Source of the DNA: Lachnospiraceae bacterium
Lineage (GTDB): Bacteria; Bacillota; Clostridia; Lachnospirales; Lachnospiraceae
Assembly (NCBI GenBank): GCA_017444015.1
Contig: JAFSXN010000190.1
Span: 2,618-66,617, forward strand
Reading direction: 5' to 3'
Length of the DNA stretch: 64,000 bases
Numbering within the stretch: position 1 is the stretch's first letter; each line of letters starts with the position of its first letter. The position numbers and the translations under genes were made by a program. A model generated the notes under the pieces. It was not told where the DNA came from and did not search any database. It saw nothing but the letters and a program-made list of their open reading frames with translations. Shown in pieces: positions 1-7,636 of the stretch.

Positions 1-249
1 AGCCTCGTAAAGCTTCAGAATGTAGAGGTGCTGGGAGAGACGCCGGTTCGGGACGGGCTTATTTACATGCAGGACCATGATATGCAGAAGGTCATTCAGA
101 ACTGGACCGGGCAGAATAACCAGAATCCGGTCTATGCTTTTGACATGGACGGTCTGTTCCGCTGTTGGGGCTTTCTGGTTTTGTGGATTATTATTTATGT
201 TGCGGTTGCGGTGATTGCTCTTGAATTTATCGACAGAGACAAGCGATAG
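1..249 (+). CDS. 3' end of a membrane-protein gene (partial; start lies upstream of the window)
   Basis: Frame 1 is open from nt 1 to TAG 247-249. It ends in a hydrophobic helix (GFLVLWIIIYVAVAVIALEF) followed by the charged tail IDRDKR. No family recognised. Confidence 0.35.
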   Translation, partial: SLVKLQNVEVLGETPVRDGLIYMQDHDMQKVIQNWTGQNNQNPVYAFDMDGLFRCWGFLVLWIIIYVAVAVIALEFIDRDKR

Positions 250-370
250 GATATATGCTGAAAAAGAAATCTTCAAGGATAGGATAACGTTTGAAATGTC
301 CGGTTATTGACGGAAACGCAGAGAAAAAGACTTTGGGATTTGTAATAAATATGAAAGGAAGGGCGCAGAC

Positions 371-746
371 TTGAAGAGAAGAATACAAAAGGGAATCAAA
401 CGACTCACGGCGGGTTTTTTAGGCGCGGTGCTGCTCTTGACGTCTGCGCCGCAGGAGGCTTTGGCTGGGCTTTCAGAGCTTTCGGAAGTAATTGCCGTTT
501 TTGATAAAGCAAACGTACTGGAATTGCGTTTGCGAGTCCGGTTGATCGGCAACGAAAATCGTTAATCAGTATAATACTCCGGCTTACTCTACGGATACCT
601 CTCTTACGTGGAGCGCCAGGGGAGATGTGACCGTGAAAAACGGTGTCATAAGCGCCAGGAAAGCAAGTAAGAGAAATGCTGACGGAGGCTATGTTCTGAG
701 TCAGGTAACGGTGAAGTGTAAAAAGGTAAGCAGAGTCATATATGTT
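371..746 (+). pseudogene. Remnant of a secreted Ig-like protein gene, broken by two copies of a ~104-nt repeat
   Basis: TTG 371 is preceded by AGGAAGGG and opens a Sec-type signal peptide, MKRRIQKGIKRLTAGFLGAVLLLTSAPQEALA. That frame runs straight into repeat copy A (489-573). A second frame (573-746) reads TPAYSTDTSLTWSARGDVTVKNGVISARKASKRNADGGYVLSQVTVKCKK, which resembles the C-terminal half of a bacterial Ig-like group 2 domain, and runs into copy B. The identical C-termini of track ORFs 371..565 and 627..842 (IAVFDKANVLELRLRVRLIGNENR) are translated repeat sequence. Confidence 0.35.
489..573 (+). repeat. Structured ~104-nt repeat, copy A (5'-truncated)
   Basis: TAATTGCCGTTTTTGATAAAGCAAACGTACTGGAATTGCGTTTGCGAGTCCGGTTGATCGGCAACGAAAATCGTTAATCAGTATA matches copy B from its position ~20 onward with one mismatch. 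It lacks the 5' arm TTATACTCGCGAACGCAAT. Confidence 0.85.
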
Positions 747-850
747 TTATACTCGCGAACGCAATTAATTGCCGTTTTTGATAAAGCAAACGTACTGGAA
801 TTGCGTTTGCGAGTCCGGTTGATCGGCAACGAAAATCGTTAACCAGTATA
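747..850 (+). repeat. Structured ~104-nt repeat, copy B (full length)
   Basis: TTATACTCGCGAACGCAATTAATTGCCG...CGTTAACCAGTATA. Its reverse complement recurs at 63079-63182 with a single mismatch (AAAGCAAAC versus AAAGTAAAC). There is an internal 16-bp helix, ACTCGCGAACGCAATT / AATTGCGTTTGCGAGT. The termini TATACT / AGTATA are complementary. Confidence 0.85.
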
Positions 851-985
851 GTTTCGGAAAACATAACAGACAGATATTAAACTTGTTTTTTTTCGGGATA
901 TGCATTATGATACTTGCAGACATTTGACGGGAAATACCCAAGAAATGATTAGATAAATCGTCAAATCCTATTTTTTTTATTACTT

Positions 986-2431
986 TTGGAGAATTATCTG
1001 CGAGGAGATACAAATTTGAATATCATCGGCAGGAAGGAAGAACAGGATATATTGCAGGATTGCCTGGAATCGAAGCGCCCCGAGTTTTTGCTGGTATATG
1101 GGAGACGCCGCATTGGTAAGACCTATCTGGTGAAAGAGTTTTTTCGCAATGAGTTTTCGTTCTTTGCAACAGGTGTCCCCGGAGAAAAAACAAGAGATCA
1201 GTTGTCTGCGTTTAATGAATATCTGATTCAGTATGGGGATACAGAGTCACGGATCCCTAAAAACTGGCTGGAGGCATTCAGGAGACTCAGGACGCTGCTT
1301 GAGCAGAGAAATGTGAAACGTGATACATGGAGCGGTAAGAGAGTCATCTTTTTAGATGAAATGCCCTGGATGGCTACAGCAAAATCGGATTTTACTATGG
1401 CACTGGATCTTTTCTGGAACGGGTGGGCATCCACGCAGACTGATCTGCTGCTGATTGTCTGTGGTTCAGCAGCTTCGTGGATCATTGATCATATCCTGAT
1501 GGATACCGGGGGAATGTACAACCGGATAACCAGAAGCATTCATCTTATGCCGCTTAGCCTGAAGGAATGTAAGGAATTGCTTTCTCTGAACGGGAATATC
1601 ATTCCCTCAAAGGGAGTGATCGACTGTTACATGGTCTTCGGCGGAGTCCCATACTACTTGAACATGCTTAATCCAAGGCTGTCACTTGCCCGGAATATTG
1701 ACAGACTTATTTTCCAGGAGAATGGAACTCTGCATCATGAATATGATATGTTGTTCCGGTCATTGTTCCGGAATGCTGATAATCACTTTGCTGTCCTGAA
1801 AAAACTGGGGGAAAGAAAGGATGGGATCCTGCGAGAGGAATTACTTGATGATCCGGACATTCCAGGCGGAGAGACGCTTACCAGAACACTTAAAGAACTG
1901 GAGCAATGCGGATTTGTCAGGAAATACAGGAATTATAGTATGAAAAGCAAGTCGGGAATATTCCAGATCACCGATCCCTTCACCCTTTTTGCGCTGAAGT
2001 TTGTCGTACCCGACAAAGTCTCATCCTGGATGGACTATCTGAAAACTCCTTCCTATAACGCATGGACAGGAAATGCTTTTGAGATTCTTTGCCTGAACCA
2101 TGTGCGTGAGATCAAAAGATGTCTGGGGGTTGAAGGCGTCAGCAGTGAGGAGTATGCATGGCGTAGTAAAAAGGCAGTTCCGGGTGTGCAGATCGACCTT
2201 TTGATCGACCGGAAGGATGATATCATAAACTTATGTGAGATGAAGTATTCCGATGGCGAATACGCAATCGATGCCGCTTATGAGAAAGAGCTTTTATACA
2301 AACAATCTGTATTTTCCGAAGAAAGCAAAACGCGAAAAGCGCTCCATATTACTATGGTGACATCCGGTGGATTAAAGAGGAACCGACATTGGCAGATTGC
2401 AGTAAATGAAGTGTCTGCGGAAAGGCTGTAG
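986..2431 (+). CDS. AAA+ ATPase, Arch_ATPase/DUF234-type ATP-binding protein
   Basis: Walker A GRRRIGKTYL, Walker B VIFLDEMPW and IVCGSAASW. The C-terminal half carries a PD-(D/E)XK-like segment (QIDLLIDRKDDIINLCEMKY). Alignable by eye over its full length with the paralog at 30259..31704. The start is uncertain: TTG 986 from the track, or TTG 1016, which has GAGGAG ~9 nt upstream. Confidence 0.8.
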   Translation: MENYLRGDTNLNIIGRKEEQDILQDCLESKRPEFLLVYGRRRIGKTYLVKEFFRNEFSFFATGVPGEKTRDQLSAFNEYLIQYGDTESRIPKNWLEAFRRLRTLLEQRNVKRDTWSGKRVIFLDEMPWMATAKSDFTMALDLFWNGWASTQTDLLLIVCGSAASWIIDHILMDTGGMYNRITRSIHLMPLSLKECKELLSLNGNIIPSKGVIDCYMVFGGVPYYLNMLNPRLSLARNIDRLIFQENGTLHHEYDMLFRSLFRNADNHFAVLKKLGERKDGILREELLDDPDIPGGETLTRTLKELEQCGFVRKYRNYSMKSKSGIFQITDPFTLFALKFVVPDKVSSWMDYLKTPSYNAWTGNAFEILCLNHVREIKRCLGVEGVSSEEYAWRSKKAVPGVQIDLLIDRKDDIINLCEMKYSDGEYAIDAAYEKELLYKQSVFSEESKTRKALHITMVTSGGLKRNRHWQIAVNEVSAERL

Positions 2432-2459
2432 TGGCCTGCTTCGCGGACTTTTCTTTTTT
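2413..2459 (+). terminator. Candidate intrinsic terminator after the ATPase gene
   Basis: GTCTGCG (2413-2419) pairs with CGCGGAC (2442-2448) with one G-U pair, plus an inner AGGC/GCCT stem. It is followed by TTTTCTTTTTT. Confidence 0.35.
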
Positions 2460-2511
2460 GTCGATATCTGCTATACTCTCTTCTGGGGGGGAGTGCCGGA
2501 AAGGAAAAAAT

Positions 2512-3543
2512 ATGGTTAAGGTAACGCTTGGTTCTACGGGAATTACGGTAAATAAAAACGGTTTCGGGGCGCTTCCGATCCAGAGGCTTTCTATGGAGAA
2601 TGCCGTACAGCTTCTGAAAAAGGCTTACGAAAACGGGATCGATTATTTCGATACCGCGAGGGTCTATTCCGACAGCGAGCAGAAGATCGGGGCCGCGCTC
2701 TCTTCTGTGCGGGAAAAGATTTATATCGCGACAAAAACGCAGGCGCTTACGGGAGAGGCGCTTGAGAGAGATCTCGCAACATCCCTTGAAATGCTTCGGA
2801 CGGACTATATCGACGTCTATCAGATGCACAATCCTCCCTTCTGCCCAGGGCCGGGTGACGATTCCGGGCTCTATGACGCGGCGCTCAGGGCGAAAAAGGA
2901 AGGGAAGATCCGACATATCGGGTTTACCAACCACAGGCTCTTTGTGGCAAAAGAGGCTATCGAAAGCGGTTTATACAAGACCCTGCAGTTTCCGTTTTCC
3001 TATCTTGCGGGAGAGCAGGAGAAGGAACTGGTTGCCCTATGTAAGGAGAAGAATATGGGCTTTGTGGCTATGAAGGCGCTTTCCGGCGGTCTGATCACAG
3101 ATTCCGCGGCAGCATACGCCTATCTGGCGCAATTCGACAATGTTCTTCCGATCTGGGGTGTTCAGAGGGAGAGGGAGCTGAATGAGTTTCTTTCCTATAT
3201 TGAGGATCCGCCGATATTGAATGAGGCGATGGAGGAGACGATCCGAAAGGACAGAGAGGAGCTTTCGGGAGATTTTTGCAGAGGCTGCGGGTACTGTATG
3301 CCATGTCCTGTAGGGATCGAGATCAATAACTGCGCGAGGATCTCTCTGATGCTTCGAAGGGCGCCCTCCAAAGACTGGCTGACAGAAGAGTGGCAGAAAA
3401 AGATGAGCCTGATCGAAAAGTGCCTGCATTGTAATAACTGTAAGAGGAAATGCCCCTACAGCCTGGATACACCGGAGCTTTTGAAGAAAAATCTGGAGGA
3501 TTACAGGAAGGTTGTTGCCGGAGAGGTGAGCGTCGGGGTATAG
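2512..3543 (+). CDS. Aldo/keto reductase with a C-terminal 4Fe-4S (ferredoxin-like) cysteine cluster region
   Basis: ATG 2512 follows GGAAAGGAAAAAA. The N-terminus MVKVTLGSTGITVNKNGFGALPIQRLS...GIDYFDTARVYSDSEQKIG is typical of the AKR family. The C-terminus has CRGCGYCMPCPVGI and CLHCNNCKRKCP motifs. The track start at 2431 is an upstream in-frame extension. Confidence 0.8.
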   Translation: MVKVTLGSTGITVNKNGFGALPIQRLSMENAVQLLKKAYENGIDYFDTARVYSDSEQKIGAALSSVREKIYIATKTQALTGEALERDLATSLEMLRTDYIDVYQMHNPPFCPGPGDDSGLYDAALRAKKEGKIRHIGFTNHRLFVAKEAIESGLYKTLQFPFSYLAGEQEKELVALCKEKNMGFVAMKALSGGLITDSAAAYAYLAQFDNVLPIWGVQRERELNEFLSYIEDPPILNEAMEETIRKDREELSGDFCRGCGYCMPCPVGIEINNCARISLMLRRAPSKDWLTEEWQKKMSLIEKCLHCNNCKRKCPYSLDTPELLKKNLEDYRKVVAGEVSVGV

Positions 3544-3702
3544 ATGGATATGCGATCGTTATCGGAAGGATTTGGTTGACTGTTTCCTTAAACAGTGGCA
3601 GAATAAAAGTCAAATAAAGGGAGAGTATACAGCGTTTGCGCAGGCGAATAAGGGGGAAATGAAGCCGGAAAAAGTATTCGAGTAAGGAAGGAGATTACGA
3701 AA

Positions 3703-4932
3703 ATGCTGAAAAGGGTCTTGAGATTTTTCACCGGAGCTTTGCTTGTAGCGTTGTTGTCGCTTGCTGTATGCCCTTATACGGCTGTTTCTGTTCACGCGGA
3801 GGAAGAGAGCCTGCGCGATCAGAGGGAGCGGCTGGAACGGGAAGAGAGAGAGCAGCGGGAGAGAGAAGAAAGAGAAAAGCGGGAGCGCGAAGAAGCTGAG
3901 AGAGCGGAAAAGGAGCAGAGAGAGCGCGAAGAAAGAGAACGGGAAGAACGCGAAGCGCGGGAACGAGAGGAAAGAGAGCGTAAAGAGCGGGAAAACAGCG
4001 ATGTCGGAAGCTGGCAGAAGGACGGAGTTCTTTCTATCAGGATCGGCTATTCTCATATCGGATTGGAAAAATCCACCGATGTTGAGGTCAGGATCGATCC
4101 GAACGTTTCCGGAAAAAAGAAGGTGATCTGGGAATCCAGCAATACGAACGTCGCAAAGGTCGACGGGGACGACAGTGGAGCCAGAGTTACCGGTATTAAT
4201 TCCGGAAGCGCGACGATTACCGCTACGCTTTATGTAGACGGAAATAAAAGGGACTGGGTAGCGACCGGCGTATCCGTAGGCAGCGATTATTACGGCGGCG
4301 GAAGCAGCAGCGGCAGTAACAGCAGCGGCGGATATGCAGGCGTAAACGGCATTACCGTTAATACGTCTTATCTGACGATATTTAAAGGTCTTGCGGCCAG
4401 AGTTTACGCGGCAGTGACTCCTGGAAATGCCTCCAATCAGGGAATTACGTTTGGCTCAAGCAATTCCTATGTTGCGGCGGTGGATGCCTTCGGAAATGTC
4501 CTTGGGCTGAATCCGGGGAGCGCGATCATCACGGCAAGGAGCAATGAGGGAGGCTATACGGCCATCGTTAATGTCGTGGTTGTGGAGAACGCTTCGACGG
4601 ATGTGACGGCATTAAACAACCAGCTGGCGTTATCTGCCGGAAGAAATCCTACCTTCCTGTACGCGCTCGCTTCTTCGGTACTTACGGCACCCCTCGGCGG
4701 GACCGTACCGCTTACGGCCATTATGCCGATGAGCTTTGATTTGAACGTAGTCAATGCGCTTAGGATGAGACCGGATGTATCGATCCTTGCGACCTTCCCG
4801 TATCAGGGACATATGGTTACCATGGCGGTTCCGGCGGGCTTTGATCTTACGCCGTATCTGGATAACGGATATGCCGACTGGTCGGTATTGATGACTAAGA
4901 AGACGGGACTTCCTGTGATTTATCTGAATTAG
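3703..4932 (+). CDS. Secreted protein: signal peptide, E/R-rich helix, two Big_2 (bacterial Ig-like group 2) domains, G/S linker and an unknown C-terminal domain
   Basis: RBS AAGGAAGGAG lies upstream of ATG 3703. The signal peptide is LLVALLSLAVCPYTAVSVHA. An EREEREQREREEREKREREE... tract follows. Big_2 signatures are VIWESSNTNVAKVDGDDSGARVTGINSGSATITATL and ITFGSSNSYVAAVDAFGNVLGLNPGSAIITARS. Confidence 0.8.
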   Translation: MLKRVLRFFTGALLVALLSLAVCPYTAVSVHAEEESLRDQRERLEREEREQREREEREKREREEAERAEKEQREREEREREEREAREREERERKERENSDVGSWQKDGVLSIRIGYSHIGLEKSTDVEVRIDPNVSGKKKVIWESSNTNVAKVDGDDSGARVTGINSGSATITATLYVDGNKRDWVATGVSVGSDYYGGGSSSGSNSSGGYAGVNGITVNTSYLTIFKGLAARVYAAVTPGNASNQGITFGSSNSYVAAVDAFGNVLGLNPGSAIITARSNEGGYTAIVNVVVVENASTDVTALNNQLALSAGRNPTFLYALASSVLTAPLGGTVPLTAIMPMSFDLNVVNALRMRPDVSILATFPYQGHMVTMAVPAGFDLTPYLDNGYADWSVLMTKKTGLPVIYLN

Positions 4933-4989
4933 AGGGCAGGCGGGCCTGCGATCAGGCAGAAGGAGGTTTTATCTTCTGCGTATCATAAG

Positions 4990-5025
4990 AAAAGGGGTGG
5001 TTCACAATTTGAACCACCCCTTTTT
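4990..5025. terminator. Bidirectional intrinsic terminator between convergent genes
   Basis: GGGGTGGTTC (4994-5003) pairs with GAACCACCCC (5011-5020). It is flanked by an A-run on the left and TTTTT on the right. It overlaps the last codons of maf. Confidence 0.65.
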
Positions 5026-5682
5026 CATTCCCTCTCGAATAAAGCGTCCCAACGGAAAACCCATAACGTTATGAAAGTCGCCTGTGATCCCTTTTACAAG
5101 AAAGCTGCCAAGCCCCTGGATCGCATAGGCTCCGGCCTTATCCATGGGGATCCCGGTTTCGATAAAGGAAAGAGCGGTTTCCCTGTCATAAGGCTCCATT
5201 TCGACCTGCGTTTCCTCAAAAAAGAGGAGAGCAGGCGGCTCTTTGCCGGGGGGCTCCAGAACGCAGACACCGGTAAAGACCTGATGGACCCTGCCGGATA
5301 AGGACAAAAGCATGGAAAGAGCCTCCTCCTTATCCCGGGGCTTTCCAAGGATCTTATTATGCGCAGGCCCGCGTATGGAAGTTTTCCGGCTGAAGCCGGA
5401 CGCGGGCCGCGCGTCGAGTAGGGGGATTTCATCCCCTCTACTCGATTCGAGGACGACAATGGTATCGGCTCCTATGACAAGGGTTCCGGGCTTTGAAAGG
5501 GCAGAGGCTACCGATCCTGCTTTCCTGGCCGCCAGATCCATCACAATCCGGTCGGGCAGGGTTTCTGTAATTTTTTCGTCTTCCGTACTCTGTACGACCT
5601 CAAATGTCAATCCCGCCGCGGACAACAGTTCCCTTCTGCGGGGAGAGCCCGAGGCCAGGACGAGCTTTCTGTACTGCTTCAT
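5002..5682 (-). CDS. maf: Maf-family nucleoside triphosphate pyrophosphatase, carrying an internal ~29-aa insertion
   Basis: LVLASGSPRRRELL, GADTIVV, ILGKPRDKEEA and MDKAGAYAIQG motifs. Its start codon overlaps the stop codon of the upstream gene (ATGA at 5679-5682). Confidence 0.85.
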   Translation of the reverse strand: MKQYRKLVLASGSPRRRELLSAAGLTFEVVQSTEDEKITETLPDRIVMDLAARKAGSVASALSKPGTLVIGADTIVVLESSRGDEIPLLDARPASGFSRKTSIRGPAHNKILGKPRDKEEALSMLLSLSGRVHQVFTGVCVLEPPGKEPPALLFFEETQVEMEPYDRETALSFIETGIPMDKAGAYAIQGLGSFLVKGITGDFHNVMGFPLGRFIREGMKKGWFKL

Positions 5683-6578
5683 CAGAGTCTGCGGATCACG
5701 GTTGGATCCATTCTGGAAAGGTTATAGCAGCCGGTATAGGACATAGCCTTGCCCAGTTCGCCGTTAGCCTTTAAGAGATAATCCCGGACACCCGCCGCTC
5801 CGTTTTCCTTTAACGGCTTCATTAAAGGCCTTCCGATACAGGCTCCCGTCGCGCCCAGAGCCAGGGCTTTGAAAACATCCATTCCGGTCTGGATCTCACA
5901 ATCTACAAAGATCGGGATCTCTCCGTTTACTAACTCTACGATCTCCGGCAGGATCGCAAGGGGCGGGATCGCGTACTCGATCCGGTTATTGTGGTGGGAA
6001 AGGACCAGACCCTTTGCCCCTGCCGCAAGCGCCCGTTCCGCGTCACGAAGACTCAAAACGCCCTTGATTACCACCGGGAGTTTTGTTTTTTTCGTAATAT
6101 CCAGTAACTCAGCCGTCGTAAGCGCTGTCATTTCATACTTATCGTCAATAAAATCAGGGGATCCGTCCTCGCCGAAAGGATGGTCGATATCGATCCCGAT
6201 GGCAAGAAGTCCAAGCCGTTCCGCCTGCTCGATTTTGCGGTACAGGATATCCCGGTCGGTATAGGGCTTGATGATCTCGATCATCCGGGGGTTGATCTTT
6301 GCGAGCCGCTCGATCTCCTCATCCTCTGCCATTCCGTACCAGAGTACGGCATTTGCCTCCTTCGCGCCCGCGGCAAAGCCCTCAGCCGCTCCGTCGCCGA
6401 GCCTGTGGTCCAGATGCGAGAGCGCCGCGGTCATGATCGGAGAAGCAAAGCTCTCACCGTACAGCTCAAAATCATAGGTTGGATTCGTGGAATCCATATA
6501 GCGGGTTTCGATCAGAAGGGAGTCAATATACTCTCTGCTGATCCTGTTGGAATTACCGATTTCTGACATAGAAAACAC
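5682..6578 (-). CDS. FMN-dependent alpha-hydroxy-acid dehydrogenase/oxidase-like protein (short, divergent)
   Basis: TIM-barrel C-terminal signature: LPVVIKGVLSLRDAERALAAGAKGLVLSHHNNR...IPIFVDCEIQTGMDVFKALALGATGACIGRP. At 298 aa it looks shorter than I recall for this family. Confidence 0.55.
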   Translation of the reverse strand: MFSMSEIGNSNRISREYIDSLLIETRYMDSTNPTYDFELYGESFASPIMTAALSHLDHRLGDGAAEGFAAGAKEANAVLWYGMAEDEEIERLAKINPRMIEIIKPYTDRDILYRKIEQAERLGLLAIGIDIDHPFGEDGSPDFIDDKYEMTALTTAELLDITKKTKLPVVIKGVLSLRDAERALAAGAKGLVLSHHNNRIEYAIPPLAILPEIVELVNGEIPIFVDCEIQTGMDVFKALALGATGACIGRPLMKPLKENGAAGVRDYLLKANGELGKAMSYTGCYNLSRMDPTVIRRL

Positions 6579-6626
6579 CTCCTGAAATATGATTCTCTGT
6601 AATTCTTCTGACTAGCTACGCTTCCT

Positions 6627-7184
6627 TTATCCTTCGATTTCGGAAAAGTCGATGGAAAGATCCTCGTAAATTCCGACCGGAACAGTATCCTTAAAAGAGT
6701 AGATCTGAAAATCGAAGTCCTTTTTCGGACCGTTCAGCCGGTAGACCATGACCTCGCTCTTCATCGGATTAACGACCCAATACTCCCGTACCCGATAGTC
6801 CCGGTAGAGGTTCAGCTTTGTGAGATAATCGTAAGCGGTATTCCCGGGAGAAGCGATCTCGATGATCCAGTCGGGAGCGCCGTTTACCCGCTTTTCATTG
6901 ATCTTATTCGGATCACAGACTACAAAGAGATCCGGCTGAACGATGGTCAGGGGCCGCTCCCTCAGCTTGACATCGGTAGGGGCGAAAAATATCCGGCAGT
7001 GCCCCTTTTTTCGTTTCAGATAATCCTTGATCCGGTAATATAATTCACCGGAAATCTCCTGATGCCGGATCGATGCGCCTGCCATATCGTATACGATCCC
7101 GCCGATCACCTCCACCCGCGCATCGCCGGGAAGCTCCTCATATTCTCTGAGCGTCAAAGTTTCCAGTTGTCTTGCTGCAGTCAT
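6627..7184 (-). CDS. Uma2-family (DUF820) putative endonuclease
   Basis: EYEELPGDARVEVIGGIVYDMAGASIRHQEISG..., VQPDLFVVCDPNKI, GAPDWIIEIASPGN and YRVREYWVVNP. The preferred start is the second Met (7184), with a perfect GGAGG 5 nt upstream. The track start is 7199. Confidence 0.8.
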   Translation of the reverse strand: MTAARQLETLTLREYEELPGDARVEVIGGIVYDMAGASIRHQEISGELYYRIKDYLKRKKGHCRIFFAPTDVKLRERPLTIVQPDLFVVCDPNKINEKRVNGAPDWIIEIASPGNTAYDYLTKLNLYRDYRVREYWVVNPMKSEVMVYRLNGPKKDFDFQIYSFKDTVPVGIYEDLSIDFSEIEG

Positions 7185-7450
7185 AAGTTCCTCCGTCATT
7201 ATAAAGCTGTACTGAATGGTTACAGGGAAACGATATTGTTGCTACGCTGCTATTGTAGCATACCCGCGGGCTGTTTTTCTACTCCTATGTCTAAAAGACG
7301 GTGAAAATGCCTACCGCGATGACTTGCGACTGGATCATCGATCCGATGGGGAAGAGGATTTCCGTATACGATGGGGATTTCTTTTCGAGTCCATCAAACT
7401 GCGATCGTAAATTATTCAACTTAATTCGTAAAATAATCAACTTTATTTCT

Positions 7451-7473
7451 GCCCCGTTTCCGGGGCTTTTTTT
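7451..7473 (+). terminator. Hairpin plus T7 tract (orphan terminator or attenuator) upstream of giant gene 1
   Basis: GCCCCG-TTTC-CGGGGC followed by TTTTTTT. No intact + strand gene ends here. A near-twin hairpin lies upstream of giant gene 2 at 33911. Confidence 0.55.
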
Positions 7474-7636
7474 GTCTTATTTATTGTAGGGTATTAATAT
7501 AATTATGCCCGTTGATCCCGTTGGGGAGCGGGATATGAAATAAGGGGTCAATATTGCGGGAATACTGGGAAATAACTGGGATTTCTGCGTCTTTTTATAC
7601 TTAAAAACAGACAGGATTGAAGAAGGAGAGATTGAG

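Noticed and set aside
371-842. Track ORFs 371..565 and 627..842 as two small intact genes with a shared C-terminus.
   Set aside because: The shared 24-aa tail is the translation of the ~104-nt repeat. I treat these as one disrupted gene remnant. Removing 489-573 does join the two pieces in frame, but the element boundaries are only known to within a few nt, so I give that no weight.
2278-2934. Other antisense or overlapping ORFs of 60-230 aa inside well-supported genes. Examples are 2278..2934, 28015..28686, 20495..21187, 21680..22258, 55324..56001, 56084..56656, 56750..57319 and 60174..60605.
   Set aside because: They have no recognisable motifs and their composition reflects the opposite-strand gene. 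Each is fully overlapped by a CDS with strong family signatures.
3610-4056. 148-aa minus-strand ORF, plus the + strand alternative-frame ORF 3761..4126.
   Set aside because: These are antisense or off-frame readings of the GA-rich E/R-coding tract of the Big_2 protein gene. The products are low-complexity F/L/S-rich or K/R-rich sequence.
7301-7400. A possible C-terminal remnant of a second Uma2-family gene on the + strand (DWIIDPMGKRISVY, 7328-7369).
   Set aside because: The resemblance to the Uma2 motif EYWIVDP...V.VY covers only ~14 aa, and a stop codon lies just upstream. That is too little to call, though it could explain the orphan terminator at 7451.
7504-7636. A c-di-GMP riboswitch (class I or II) in the leaders of the giant genes, including 33940-34069.
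   Set aside because: I looked for the conserved GEMM-type core sequences as I remember them and saw none. A covariance-model scan would be needed to exclude this formally.
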